DNA of 64,000 nt from Octopus vulgaris (taxonomy: Eukaryota), in assembly GCA_951406725.2 (NCBI GenBank), contig OX597817.1:43710001-43774000 (forward strand), written 5' to 3'. The position numbers and the translations under genes are program-made. Under the pieces are notes generated by a model. It saw only the letters and a program-made list of their open reading frames with translations. It was not told the DNA's origin and searched no databases. Positions 1 through 13,467 of the stretch are shown here, piece after piece. Position 1 is the first letter of the stretch. Each line of letters starts with the position of its first letter.

Positions 1-355
1 CTGCAGTTCCAGAAGCTTGGTCTAACAGAAAATTTCCAAATGATATAACTTCTAGCAATATCCTTTAACAAAGACCAAAGGCATTTTCCAACTGTCGTTA
101 CGTAGGTTGTCTTTTCTGTGTAGGCATTAGACACCTCAAAGCTCCTGGTTTGCAAATGCAATTTATTGCTATGGAATTTACACGATAGCAGTCCAGTCGA
201 TGTTGTTGAATATATTCAACCTTGTGGTCCGCTTTAACCATTGAAAATCACCTCACATATTGCCTTTCGGACATAACATTATTCATTAAATATTGTTTTA
301 CTGATCCTACCATGCGCGTACTTTATGCTTGTGAAAAGATGATTCACACAGAGCC

Positions 356-398
<43 letters not shown>

Positions 399-496
399 CA
401 TATAGGGGAGAATTCACGAAAAAAACAAAAGACGAAGACATGTGGTGTAGAAAACAAACAGATGTATTAATATAACGCTCAGGAATTGAAAAAAGT

Positions 497-532
497 CTTT
501 TACGTTTCGAGCCTACGCTCTTCTACAGAAAG
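497..532 (-). ncRNA. minimal hammerhead-like motif, A6U variant (twin at 33423-33458), inside a ~190-bp repeat
   Basis: cttt-CTGT(A/G)GA-a-gagc(gtag)gctc-GAAA-cg-T(A/T)-aaag. The flanking repeat 400-590 matches 33325-33500. Confidence 0.55.
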
Positions 533-886
533 TAACAGAGAGAAAGTAACACAAGGAGAGAGAGAAAAAAATGTGTGTAATGGCTACATGCAAAATTTTA
601 GTTAGCTAAAATATGTTGGTGATATATTTCAACTGCTAAAGGGCAAATTCAGTTTTTACTGCAGAGAAAAATTCTCTTTTGCTATAAAGGTGTAAAAACA
701 CTATATCTGCACAGAGTCACCGCCTATCGGATTCCCAGATCAATGTTTCTAGCTTGTTAGCCGTTATCAATGGGAAATGTCTAAGAGAGGAAACGACTAT
801 AATACAGTCAACAACATTGACTGATTTGCGCCAATAGACCACTGTGGTCGTGGAAATTTCTGTAATATTAGCTCCAAGCAGTGTTT

Positions 887-1185
887 CGTTTCCTGCTCGA
901 ACCATGCCTGGTTCATTAGGGCCGGTTTCCCGGTCTCCTTGGTGTATAGGTTCCCCACCTGGACGGGATGCCGGTCCGTCGCAGGTGAGCTGCAAGATGC
1001 AGGAGGAAAGAGTGAGAGAAAGTTGTGGCGAAATAGTCAGCAGAGGTTCGCCATTACCTTCTGCCGGAGCCGCGTGGAGCTTAGGTGTTTCGCTCATAAA
1101 CACACACATCGCCTGTTCTGAGATTCGAACCCACGATCCATCGACCGCGAGTCCGCTACTCTAACCACTAGGCCATGTCCCTCCA
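887..1185 (-). mobile_element. tRNA(Arg-like)-derived SINE (octopus OR-type)
   Basis: A box TGGCCTAGTGG and B box GTTCGAATC. 14-bp TSD TCCAAGCAGTGTTT at 873-886 and 1186-1199. Same family as 6758-7065. Confidence 0.85.
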
Positions 1186-3551
1186 TCCAAGCAGTGTTTA
1201 GGCATGAGCAAACTCTAGGTTAGTTAAAATATTGTTTGTGATATATTTCAACTGCTAAAAGACAAATTCACTGCAGTTACCGTAGCGAAAACGTTTCTCT
1301 TATGGTAAAACGGTGTAAATTTCCACGACTGCGGTGGTCTGCTGGTGCAAATCAGTCAACGTTGCTGACTATATTCTAGCCAAGGCCATTGCTTTGATAA
1401 GGTCTGTCTAGCATGAAATTGTAACATTATCACTAACTAATGTGTTATGATTAGCATTAACGGAACTGGTCGATTATGTGAATATTTTGTCTCATATATA
1501 TATCTTTAAAGATGTATAATAATAATAATAATTATATATATATATAATTATTATTATACATCTTTAAAGAGCTGGGCTACTTTCTCATTGATAAATTTGT
1601 TTCCATAATTAATTCCATCTTGACACGTTTAAGTATGAATGTCTATGATGTCAGAATATTTGGCACACTGCCGGATTTATGTTTTCTCGTGTAGTGTCTT
1701 ACTATTTAAAATTCAATTCCAGCATTGAAGTTGGGTTTGCCTTTCGTTCTTGTACCCTTAGCGGAGAGACAACCGGTTATATTCTCAGATTGGACTGGTT
1801 GACTTCAAGTATGATACCCACATCTCGGATACCGATGACTCGAGACCTCTTATGATTCGCACTTATTTACGATCAGTATCTTCAAATTCCCGCGGCCGTC
1901 AGGTTAAATTACTGCCACCTTGCACAGTACGGTATTAAGAAACCTGCATCATGTATACAAATGTTACAGGTACCCGTATTTCATTTAATTATTCAACTAA
2001 ATTTAATATTTGTTTAATTTAGAGTGTGTTGACCTAGGTGACAACCGCTGGTTCGGATATAATCAGTGATCCGGAAAGACTTTAGAACCAAAAGTTTCGG
2101 ATAGTCGATTGTGTACCTGTATAAACCCTGCTCATTAAGTAACTTAGAATAAAAAATGTTTGTAGTAGGTTGATATTAATTATTGCTTTTGATTATGTAA
2201 TATATTTTAACTTTGCTATTAATAGTTTTGAAAAAGGTGTGATTTGTTACAATCTTTTCTTTATTCTTTATCTTTTACTTGTCTCAGTCTTTGACCGAGG
2301 CTATAGTAGAAGGCACATCCCCAAGGTGCTACGCAGTGGGACTGAACCCGGAACCATGTGGTTGAAAAGCAAGCTACTTACCACACAGCCACTCCTGCGC
2401 CTATTAGTAACATTTCTAAATAAACGACCTCTTATGTCGAAACTAATATATTTAGTCTTGCTAGAAATTACCTAAGTATATTTCAGAAGCTTGCTTCGTT
2501 CAGCATATGCATATATCCCAAGTGATTTGAGTCTCCGTTTCATTTAAAATATCCCCATAACAGTGAACGTACCCCAACTCTGAAGCACTCGGCACCTGTT
2601 ACCTGGTCGGTGACAATGGAAAGCAATGTTGGCTCTGATCGACCACCCCACCCCAAAATGGATCGCCTTTAGAAATACATATACTTCATGGCTTTGTCCT
2701 CTACATCAGACTTCATGGATTTATTTATGGTTGGTGATTATCTATTTAGAATTATAGATAACTGCTCGATAGCATGTTGTGCCGCAAGTCAGAAAGTCGC
2801 CAGTCTATATTTCATATGCAGCAATCTCAGTCGATGCCCTGTTTTCATGGAATATTTCAGATACATTTAACAGAGTCTGATGAAACTAGCTATAAGTCTC
2901 ACAAATACGTACAACACAGCGTTATAAATAGCGGGAGTATTGTATATCTAACGAGTATTTTCGTAAATGCGAAGTTCTGAGTTCAAGTCATCGTTTGTGC
3001 CTGGTTCGTGATAGAAGAACTCGTACTTTGACCATCGTGGTCACACTGTGTTCACATTGTATCGATGTGGTCAAAACCTTTGCTGTCTAAATAATTCTTC
3101 AAAATCTGTTATACTCTTGCAGCTCTCCTTCCATGATTTCCTACCATTCACTCGGTCATACATCATTTCTCCATTGTTTCCGTATTGTTTTGTGATTGAC
3201 AGTTGCCAGGAAGAAGATGGCATCTAACTAGACATAAGATATAACAACTTCCTACTAAGGTACCAAGGAACACACTTACATAGGAAAAGAATTAGACTGT
3301 GTGATATACATGTCTTTCTCAAAGGCAGACAAAGCCAGATTTTTTATGGGTTACGTAGTTTTAAAATTTTCTTATGTTCTGCTTTCGTGAACTCTCGAAG
3401 GCATCGCCCAACCAAGTTTTTATGACACAATATCACATTTCAAAGAAAGAGTATGGATTAAACCTATATATTTGAACAGCATTCAGCCCGAGTTGATACG
3501 AATGCTGGCTTCACAACAGCTGATAATCTTCCTCTGAATCAAAAGTAAAGT

Positions 3552-4507
3552 AAAGACAACATGTGTAGAGAAAACATGAGCAAGGGATGGTGTTCCGAAG
3601 CTCGACGCTCTGGGAAAGAAGAACTGGACGTAGTAGTTAGTGTAAGGCTAGGAACTGGACACAGCAAGTGTGATGAGAAGAGGAAAGACAAATGGACGGA
3701 AATCTCGAATGGAGATGGTATGAACTCAGTCTGCGCCTGGAAGATACCATTTTAGTAGCAGTAGAAAAGAAAGAAAGAAGCGACAACATAAATGTGGGCT
3801 AGAGCCCAGAGAATGACGGTAAGTGACTTTATGCCTATCAGTCTAAAGGAACTCGTAGGGTCGAGCAGATATGGATATACTCTCGGTTCTTTTACACTTA
3901 ATTCAGCGGAATATCCTGGATGTGACAGGACAGCTGGTGGGATGGATGGAGGGAGGGATGAAGCGCCGCACCTGCGCTCGACTAGTATTCATTACAGTTG
4001 AGCAAACAATGTTGAAGCTCCCTGCCTAAAGATTCAACGCACTGCCCGGGTCAGGAGTTCAAACTACGACCTTATGACTACGAAACAAACACTTCTAACC
4101 ACAAAGCTAAGAGCCTTTACTAATACACAATTAATCTTATAAAAAAGGTAAGTTAATAAAAAAAGAAGAGGAAGTAAAAATGAGGATCACACATATCCCA
4201 TTCTCTAGTATTACTATTGTTGTTCTCGGCACTTAATTTTTGCTAATTACCGTTAATTAGGTTGTTGATGAAAGGAATACAGAAAATATAAACAGCTGGT
4301 GGTAGACTTTGTGTGAGTACTTCTGACTAATTGTAGAACAGTATAGCTTTGATCATCGATAAGTATGAACAACCTTGTCAGTGATTAGCGCTTGTGTAAA
4401 TGTTGATCGATTCAGAAGTTTTGGTTGGTCCATCTTCTTGCCACGTTTATTTTATATCCGTCTTGTTCCGTTTGGTTGCTAGTCATTACATCCTGATTAA
4501 CTTATTA

Positions 4508-4554
<47 letters not shown>

Positions 4555-5436
4555 ATTTCCTTATCTTAACGAAATCCTGTCGAATGGAAGATAAGTTAAT
4601 GCTGTAGAGTAAATGTAAAAATAAACGAGTGTCGAGAGAGAAGCATTAATTTTCCTGCCATTTTATTTCCATTTCAAAGCTTATTCAAACATTATATTGT
4701 TGTTGTTGCTTAGCCTTATATTTGCATTGGTTGAGCAAGCATAAAATCGTTCCAGCCATGATCATCCCATCTTTTTATTTATCAATAGCTTACAATATCT
4801 ACTGCGAGTTTCCGTTTTTAAGACAGCAGGATTAGATTGAGTGAGATTTGACTTCAGGGAAACTTAAGTTAAGGGAGATTTGAGTTGAGGGATAACTGAG
4901 TGGAGGTAGATTTGAGTGGAGGTAGATTTGAGTGGAGGGAGATTTGAGTGGAAGGAGATTTGAGTGAAGGGAGATTTGAGTGGAAGGAGATTTGAGTGGA
5001 AGGAGATTTGAGTGAAGGGAGATTTGAGTGAAGGGAGATTTGAGTGGAAGGAGATTTGAGTCGAGCGAGATTTTGGGCTGGGGATTTTTCTTTTTTTTCA
5101 TTCGTTCGGTTTAGAAGAAGGGGCCGGTAAGATTGGTGATATTAATGAAAGACAACATGTGTAGAGAAAAACATGAGCAAGGGATGGTGTTCCGAAGCTC
5201 ACCGATCTGGGAAGGAAGAACTGGACGTAATGGTTAGTGTAAGGCTAGGAACTGGACACAACAAGTGTGATGATAAGGGGAAAGACAAATGGATGGAACT
5301 CTCGGATGGAGGTGGTATGAACACAGTTTGCGCCTGGAAGATACCATTTTATTAAGAGTAGAAAAGAAAGAGAGAGGTGACAGCATAAGTGTGGGCTAGA
5401 GCCTAGAGAATGACTGTAAGTGACTTAATGCCTATC
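3552..5436 (+). repeat. dispersed direct repeat of about 290 bp (3552-3840 and 5148-5436)
   Basis: Both start aaagacaacatgtgtagagaaaacatgagcaagggatgg and end gtgactt(t/a)atgcctatc. Confidence 0.9.
4850..5070 (+). repeat. minisatellite of GAGATTTGAGTG-based units
   Basis: About 12 copies of (g/a)ggagatttgagtg(g/a)a. Confidence 0.9.
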
Positions 5437-6757
5437 TATTGACTGAAAGAGATTTCTAGTTCAGATCGAGTGACCGCACAGAGGCTTCCTCAGCTCATAA
5501 AATCCTCAGTAATGTTGATTTCTAGCGTAATCACAAGTATAATCCTTCCCCTCAAATTCCAGGGGAATGACATAGTCGATTAAGATTGTCAAAAATTAGA
5601 CACCCTCGATCCTAACTAATGTCTAGTTTATGAACCCTTGATGAAATCTGAACGTAAGGCGACAAAATGCCGCCAGAAATTTTGTTGGACGCTTTTTATG
5701 ATGATGACTATGAAGATGGTGATGATAATGATGATGTTCATTGATATCATCATCATCGTTGCCATCACCATCATCATCTTCGTCGTTGTCATCCTCCTCC
5801 TCCTCATTGCAATCATCATCATCATCATCGTCGATATCGTGATGAGCGTCGTCGTCGTCGTCCGATTGCAGCAGCTGGCGTGCACAGTCCTTTTCTATGC
5901 GTTGCATCAGCTTTCATATATCAAAGGCAGCCCCGTGGTCGGGTGGTTATACTCGGTCATCGATTGGATTTGGATCCCCGGATCGTAAAGAATTCGAACA
6001 GGTACTACACGACATCTCATGCTAAAGCTCCAACAATTTTCCCAATTCTCCACGCTGGAATGGTATTCTATTTATTGACCCTGAAAAGATGAGAACAAAA
6101 GTGATCTCGGCAGGAATTGAACCCAGAACAAGTGGAAAAAAATACAGTGCTCAGCCACTTGCATGTTAATTTCTCGAGCAGTTTGTTCCGTTGATCGGAT
6201 CAACTGAAACCCTCGTCGTCGTAACCGACGGAGTACCAGTTACATTACCAAATCTGCATCACAAAAATACCAAAAAATACTTGAATCATGATTAGTTGTT
6301 ATGTATCTACAAAGCTCAAGCAATATATTGGTTTCGAATCTCGACACAAGGCCAGCAAATTGGGGGAGGGTGTAAGTCAATTACGTCAACCCCAGTGCTT
6401 AACTAGTACTTATTTTATCGACCCCCAAAAGAATGAAAAGAAAAGCCAATCTCGGCGTAATTTGATCTCAGAACGTAAAGATGGCTGAGATGTTGCTCAG
6501 CATTTTCCCCCGCATGCTAAGGATTCTTATTTCTTTACATCCCACAAGGGGCTAAACGTAGAGAGGACAAACAAGGATAGACAAAGGGATTAAGTCGATT
6601 ACATCGACCCCGAAAGGATGAAAGGCAAAGTCAACCTAGGCGGAATTTGAAATCAGAACGTAACCGTTAAGTATTTCGCCCGGCGTGCTAAGGATTCTGC
6701 CAGCTCGTCGCCTTGACAAGTTATATATTAAGATATTGAATTGATATATTGAGTGTT

Positions 6758-7065
6758 GTGGAGGCACATGGCCTAGTGGTTAGAGCAGCGGACTCGCGGT
6801 CGGGGGATCGCGAGTTTGAATCTCAGACCGGGTGATGTGTGTGATTATGAGCGAAACACCTAAGCTCCACGCAACTCCGGCAGAAGGTAACGGCAAATTT
6901 CTGCTGACTCTTTTGCCAAACTTTCTCTCACTCTTTCCTCCTGCAACTGGCAGCTCACCTGCGACGGACCGGCATCTCGTCCAGGTGGGGAATCTATATG
7001 CCAAGGAAACCGGGAAACCAGCCCTTATGAGCCAGGCATGGCTCGAGAAGGAGCAAACAACAACA
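6758..7065 (+). mobile_element. tRNA(Arg-like)-derived SINE (octopus OR-type)
   Basis: tRNA head, (AAC)n tail, 12-bp TSD ATATTGAGTGTT at 6746-6757 and 7066-7077. Confidence 0.85.
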
Positions 7066-8364
7066 ATATTGAGTGTTATATGAAGAATTTAGACGAGCGC
7101 GAAAGATGAAGTCGTTCTAAAAGAGACCTTAACAATGCATTTTACGACTCTTAACGGCACCACGTGCTTCTTTGCAAGATTAGTAATTCTTTAGTTCTTC
7201 AGATCCACTCATTTTGGCTTCGAACCTATTTTCAAGCATTCGTAAGTTTATACATAAACTCATTCTGCAATATTGCAGGTCAACAAACGAATTTATGGAA
7301 AATAATGTTGATATTTTAAGTAGTTTGCCACAATTCGTACCAGTCATAATAGGTTACATTTACGAGACGACACTTCGTGAAAAACGTCCTCCCTCATTCT
7401 TTAACCTGAATTCACGAAGTGATGCATTATTCATGCTTGCCATTCTCTGCTGTAATCTGATCTTTAACAACAATCAATAAACTTTGAATAGGAAATAGTG
7501 GACAATACCAAATATCTCACTAAAGAGAAATCTAATTGCATATTCCCACGTATTACCAGGAGTGGTAGAGTTTCTTAGACAAACTGGAATTGAAACATTA
7601 AATTGCTTCAAGTGTCATCTCTGAGAAGTAATCAGACAAACATTTTGGATTCCAGGAAAATTAAGGTCTCAGAAAAGGCGATTAGATCGTAGGTGTAGGA
7701 GCTGCGATCAGGGATTGTATTTGATGCGTTAAAAAGAACTCCATTCAAATGATATTAGATTTTCTGCTTCCCATTGATCATGCCGGAAATCAAAGCAAAC
7801 GAAATTGGTATTTACCTCACGACAAATCCATTAGTGCATCGTCCTAAAAGCTTTCTTGCTCCTTGTTTCTCATTAATGAACTTCACAGAATGATGATCAA
7901 ATCGAAATATAAAACGCAGTCATTATAATAGCCTATATTATTTCTATTATTCACTTATAGATGAAGCCACTTCGCGTCACTATTCACCCGACTAATAGAC
8001 AATGGATATTTGAACGAACAAAGTAACGTTTGTACAGGTAATGTTTATGTTTCAATCTTACATATCCATTGCTCTGTTTGCGGTCATTCGTGTCGATAGT
8101 TCACTGGAATTAATATATTAATTTGCATAAAGCAAAATTATAGTTTAATGAAATGAATCATTACAAACACACGATCGTATTTATGTGTGTGTGCACACAT
8201 AGCTCTGTCAGTGATTGCATGACTTTTCAAACACAGAAATATGTGAATATGTATATTTACAGGTGTATGTATGTATGTATGTATGCATATACACACACAC
8301 ACACAGACACACACACATGTACGTATGTGTGTGTGTGTGTGAGTATTCTCATTCATATTTTTTC

Positions 8365-8529
8365 TTTTATTTGTTTCAGCCATTTGACTGCGGCCTTGCT
8401 GGAGCACCGCCTTTAGTCGAACAAATCGACCCCAATACTTATTCTTAGTAAGCCTAGTACTTATTCTATCGGTCTCTTTTGCCGAACATCGGTTGTCAAG
8501 CGATGGTGGGGGTACAAACAGACAGACAG

Positions 8530-8578
<49 letters not shown>

Positions 8579-8742
8579 CGACAGGCTTCTTTCAGTTTCC
8601 GTCTACCAAATCCACTCACAAGGCTTTGGTCGGCCCGAGGCTATAGTTGAAGACACTTGCCCAAGGTGCCACGTAGTGGGATTGAACCCGGAACCATGTG
8701 GTTGGTAAGCAAGCTACTTACCACACAGCCACTCCTGCGCCT
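8365..8742 (-). mobile_element. second tRNA-derived SINE family with internal microsatellite (other copies near 2265-2403, 20100-20255, 20480-20620, 23370-23570, 54380-54778)
   Basis: aggcgcaggagtggctgtgtggtaag...ggttc(a/g)atccc...ccttgggcaagtgtcttc, repeated across the window. Confidence 0.85.
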
Positions 8743-9672
8743 ACTATATAAACCTCAACACATATTTAGATTCTTGTTTGAAGTCAGTTGTCGAAGTCTA
8801 ATCGATTCCATCAGCCTCAGTATATTACTGGTATCTTTATTCAAATACCACTATGACGCTGGAAAGTAGCAATAACAATAAACGCTCAATGTATTCTATT
8901 TAGAAAATTCGTTTGAGTGAAAGACATATTTTACTTCGTAAGATTTGAACTCGAAACCATGCTGTATCATGTCGGGCTTCTTACTATCTGCACGCATTTT
9001 ACCTATACAACTATTGTGGGAAAATGATTTCTTTTGGCAAAACACACGACCGTTTTAACAGTGACATAGTTATTGTGCGTGCCGCCGGCATATCACTTGA
9101 GTTTGTTGCCTCCTGGCCTTCAACCTTATACAGGATTAAACAGTAGACCTAAAAGTGCCGCCCGAGATGGACCTAAAAGCGTCGTCCGAGATGGACCGCT
9201 ACGCTATTCGCGTTTCAAGTCAAGAGACGAGAGAGAAGAGACGAAATTATCTCAGTATCATTGGCATCCGTTTCATCAATCTATCTTGAAACTCAGTGAG
9301 ATTTTGAACCCATTGTTCAAATACCCTTCCTATTTCTAGGTCATTTTAAATACAAATCTTTGACTCTGCAACACTCTATATAAATTTCCTACTGGGAATG
9401 ACCAAGTTAAAAAATCTGCTGGATCTCAATCATAAGGGAATCTTACATTGCTTATAAACTCTATATTTGGAAGGACTCATATTAAACTCTGTTGGACTTT
9501 TGGATTTTACTCAAAGGATATTGGAATAATACACATATATACCATTATGTCTATAAAGCGGATTTACAACTTCAATACCCATACATATCTTACATCTATT
9601 TTCTTTCCTCCACCTCACTCTCTATTTTGTATCACATCTAAACTAACTATGACATAACTTTCCTCTCACTCC

Positions 9673-9724
9673 GTCTCCGATGAAGGGATATTATTAATTA
9701 ATATCCTAGAAACAGCTGTAAGAC
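9673..9724 (+). ncRNA. minimal hammerhead motif, U4C core variant
   Basis: gtct-CCGATGA-ag-ggatatt(attaatt)aatatcc-ta-GAAA-cagctg-TA-agac. Confidence 0.65.
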
Positions 9725-10760
9725 CTATCTATATATGCTCTAATATAAATACAACCTTGGTTTTTTTATCTTATTACGCAAAAAATTCTTATATAGTGTG
9801 TATATATATATATATATTATTAAAGAACAGCAAAAAATATCACAAAAACTGTTACTCAGAGTTTCACGTTCCTGTTCATTGGATAGTTTGGTATAGAATG
9901 GACCAAAAATAAGGTTATAAGTAAACATATACAATCAGTTTAATGGATACACATTTGAAAATGGGTTTGTTTTCTTCGTCCTTTCAACTAACGGTTTTCA
10001 CAATGACCGGTTGCATGCAAGGAACAAATTTCGGTATAAAATCGTCGTATTATAGCTGTGTTCGTTGGTCTGTTTTCTTTCTGTAAAGATAAAGCCGGGG
10101 GACGGGTGGGTGTTATGTTAGCGTGCCGTTTGTAATGTGTGTGGGGTCTGTGTATATGTGGAAATGAAATTTGTATGAAGGATGGGGTGGGAGACAATTT
10201 ATTTTGTGGGGTGTCTGCCTTGTAGGGGTGTGTGGGTGTGATGTATATAAATTTGTGTGTGTGTGCGTGCGTGCACGCGCGCGTGTATGTGTGTGCACGT
10301 CTATATATAAAAGTGTAAGAAACGAACGGATGGGTTGTAAATTTTGCAACAATTGTTTCGCTGAAAATCTTTATTTCATGGAAGCACAATACAGCATTAT
10401 GGATTACGCCACACGTTATGTAATTCTCATGCTCATCAGACATAATTTAAAACAGTGTTTCTGATCAACTTGTTGGGCAATTATTTTATTACCAAGCAAG
10501 TAGAACAATAGTCAAAGTCACCGATAAGGAATAAAGTGGGCGTGTTAAGAAACTGTCAATCAAGAATATTGCTGGGAAACAATTGGAATTGCAAATTGCC
10601 CGACAACAGTGACTGGTCTTCATTGTTACTTTAAAACTGATAATGAATTATTTCACTGTCTGCTCTGCTTGATTCTGTCTAATCAACCGACAGCGTACCA
10701 TAGGTTGATATGTCTTGATTCTGTATAACTGAGAATACATAGATATGTGTGTGTGTGTGC

Positions 10761-10815
<55 letters not shown>

Positions 10816-12119
10816 GGAAAGCGCATTGTGAAATATGATTATAAGATAACGAATAATTCTTTCTAATTTTGAAATAAGGACAGCAATTTTGAAGGGATGA
10901 GGCAAGTCGATCACATCAAACATAGTACTTGAAGGGTAATTTATTTTTATACTCGCCGAAAGGATGGAAGGCAAAGTTGACCTCTGCGCTATTTGAACCC
11001 AAAACGTAAAGATCCGGAACAAATATTACAAAGCATTTTATCAAACTTGCTAACGATCTTACCAGCTCGCCGCCTCCAGATATAAAATAACCCTTTACAA
11101 TAGATATTATTAATATCTATGATACCACGCATATTTTTTAACCTAATTTTTGACAAAAAAGGGCTCCTTATACACATATACAGTATGTTATCGGTATTTT
11201 AAAATACCTTATACAGTATTTTATCGACTCCGAAAAGATGAAAGGCAAAGTTGATCTTGGCGAAATTTGAACTCCGAACCTAAAGGCGGACGAAATGCCG
11301 CTAAGCAATTTGCTTCGCGTGCATTTTGCCAGCTTGCGGCATTTTTTGTTTCATTAAGGTTGATGTAATCGATTATGCCTATTCTTAAGAATGACCTAAA
11401 AGCAAAAAGTGTTGGAAACTTCAAAATCCTTTACCTGTTTCTAAACAGACTGAGAACCACATTAAATAAACAAATAACTAAATAAAATAAGGAACCATAA
11501 ATTTTTTAATGAAAACATATCAAAATTGGAATTTTAAAGATACTTATATATATTCTAGATTTTGAATAAAGCTTTGGTTTAATAAAAGTTACATACATCG
11601 ATGGTAGAATCGTTAGCTTGTCGGGCAAAATGCCTTGCGGTCTATTTCTACGGATCTTTATGTTGTGAGTTCAAAACCTATCGAGACCAATATTTGCCTT
11701 TCGGCCTTGTGAAATCGATAAAAAAAATGTAGCACCAGTCAAACATTCGTGGCAATATTAGAAATCAATATTACTGACTTTCAATGGAAAATATATTGAG
11801 AATTTCTGAAACACCCCGGAACTTCAGATCACATCATTAACAAGGATAAGAGGAGGAGTTATAGACGATAACAAAAGCGAAAAGAAGAAAAAAAGAAAAG
11901 AAAAGGTAAAAGAAAATAAAAAAAGACAAAGTAAATAAGAGAATCACATAAAAATACAGCTAAAGAAAGATAAGGAAACAGAAAGTAAATGTAAAATAAG
12001 GAAAAAAAATAAATAAAAAGAAGTATACGAAGAAATCTAACGAAAGAAATGGCCTGGCTGAGGCAATAAAGTTTGGCTGGAATAAGTTTTCTGGTCGGTG
12101 ATAATGGTAAAGGAGAATA

Positions 12120-12240
12120 TGTGTGTGTGTGTTGTGTTGCGTATACATGTATATGTACGTACGTGCGCGCACGCACACACTATATACACATGTATGTGTA
12201 TATATTTATGTGTGTATATATGTATATATGCATGTATATA

Positions 12241-12289
<49 letters not shown>

Positions 12290-12549
12290 TATATGTATGT
12301 ATATATATATATGCATGCATATATTTATGTGTGTGTATGTATATGTATATATGTATATATGCATGTATATATATATGTGTGTGTATATATGTGTATATAT
12401 ATATATATATGCATGTATATATATATGTGTGTATATATGATTATATATTTATATATATGTGAATATATGTATATATATGTGTGTATATATGTATGTGTGT
12501 ATATATATATATGTGTATATATATATATATGTGTGTATATATATATGTG

Positions 12550-12589
<40 letters not shown>

Positions 12590-12660
12590 CGTGTATATAA
12601 ATATGTGTGTGTGTGTGTATATATATATATATGCATAGACAGGTGTATATATATATATAT
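12120..12660. repeat. compound (TA)/(TG) microsatellite; similar tracts at 359-400, 18360-18440, 20620-20722, 24495-24630, 27527-27645, 32946-33010, 43132-43198, 44150-44220
   Basis: Direct inspection. Confidence 0.98.
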
Positions 12661-13071
12661 GGCGAGCAAAAGCGAAAGAGAGAGAGCATCATTGTACTTA
12701 CATGCAACGAATCATTAACGAGAAGATAAAAAGGACCGTCTCGACTATAAATAGAATGGCCTTAACAGTTACCCCCCACTCTCTCTCTGTCTCGTTGTCT
12801 GACCATTCCATTCTAGCGCACCACCCCCTACTGTATGTCTTTACGTCTGTCTGTGCGTAGTATTGATCAGTAATAAAAAAAAAGAAAAAGACACCATGGC
12901 CAGCAGTAGTAACAACAACGACAACAACAACGGCATCTACTGCTATGGCGTTTCGTTAACGACGCAATAATACTGGCAATGATACTGATGTACACCAATG
13001 ACAGTGTATAGTCACATATACCTGCACACACAAACATATAGATAAATAACACATACACACACGCGCATGTG

Positions 13072-13340
13072 TGTGGAGGCGCAATGGCCCAGTGGTTAGG
13101 GCAGCAGACTCGCGGTCGTAGGATCGTGGTTTCGATTCCCAGACCGGGGCGTTGTGAGTGTTTATTGAGCGGAAACACATAAAGCTCCACGAGGCTCCGG
13201 CAGAGGCTGATGGCGAACCCTGCTGTACTCTTTCGCCACAACTTTCTCTCACTCTTTCTTCTGTTGGCTAAAACAATGCGAAGCGCATTGTGACCAGCGA
13301 TGTGTAGCAACATATGGTAGCCTGGTCGATCACGGTGATA
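13072..13340 (+). mobile_element. tRNA-derived SINE with the same head as the OR-type but a different 3' part
   Basis: gtggaggcgcaatggcccagtggttaggg... shares head and body with 6758 and diverges after ctctttc. Confidence 0.75.
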
Positions 13341-13467
13341 TATTTATATATATAGTAGTAACAGAAAAGAGGAATTTCGATTATCCCCACGTGATGAGTT
13401 GTAATCGACATAAGAAATTAAAAAAGGAAAATACGCACACTTACATAGTTTTAATATAATTTTTAAT

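Noticed and set aside
5623-5988. Asp/His-rich and Ile/Val-rich ORFs
   Set aside because: Translations of (ATG)/(ATC)/(GTC) trinucleotide microsatellites, with no domain or splice support.
6758-6830. tRNA gene
   Set aside because: The tRNA-like head continues into a SINE body with a tail and TSD, and has no proper acceptor stem.
11859-12718. Many overlapping YI/CV/HT-rich ORFs (also near 8.2, 18-20, 24.4 and 33 kb)
   Set aside because: Dinucleotide microsatellites lack stop codons; these are not genes.
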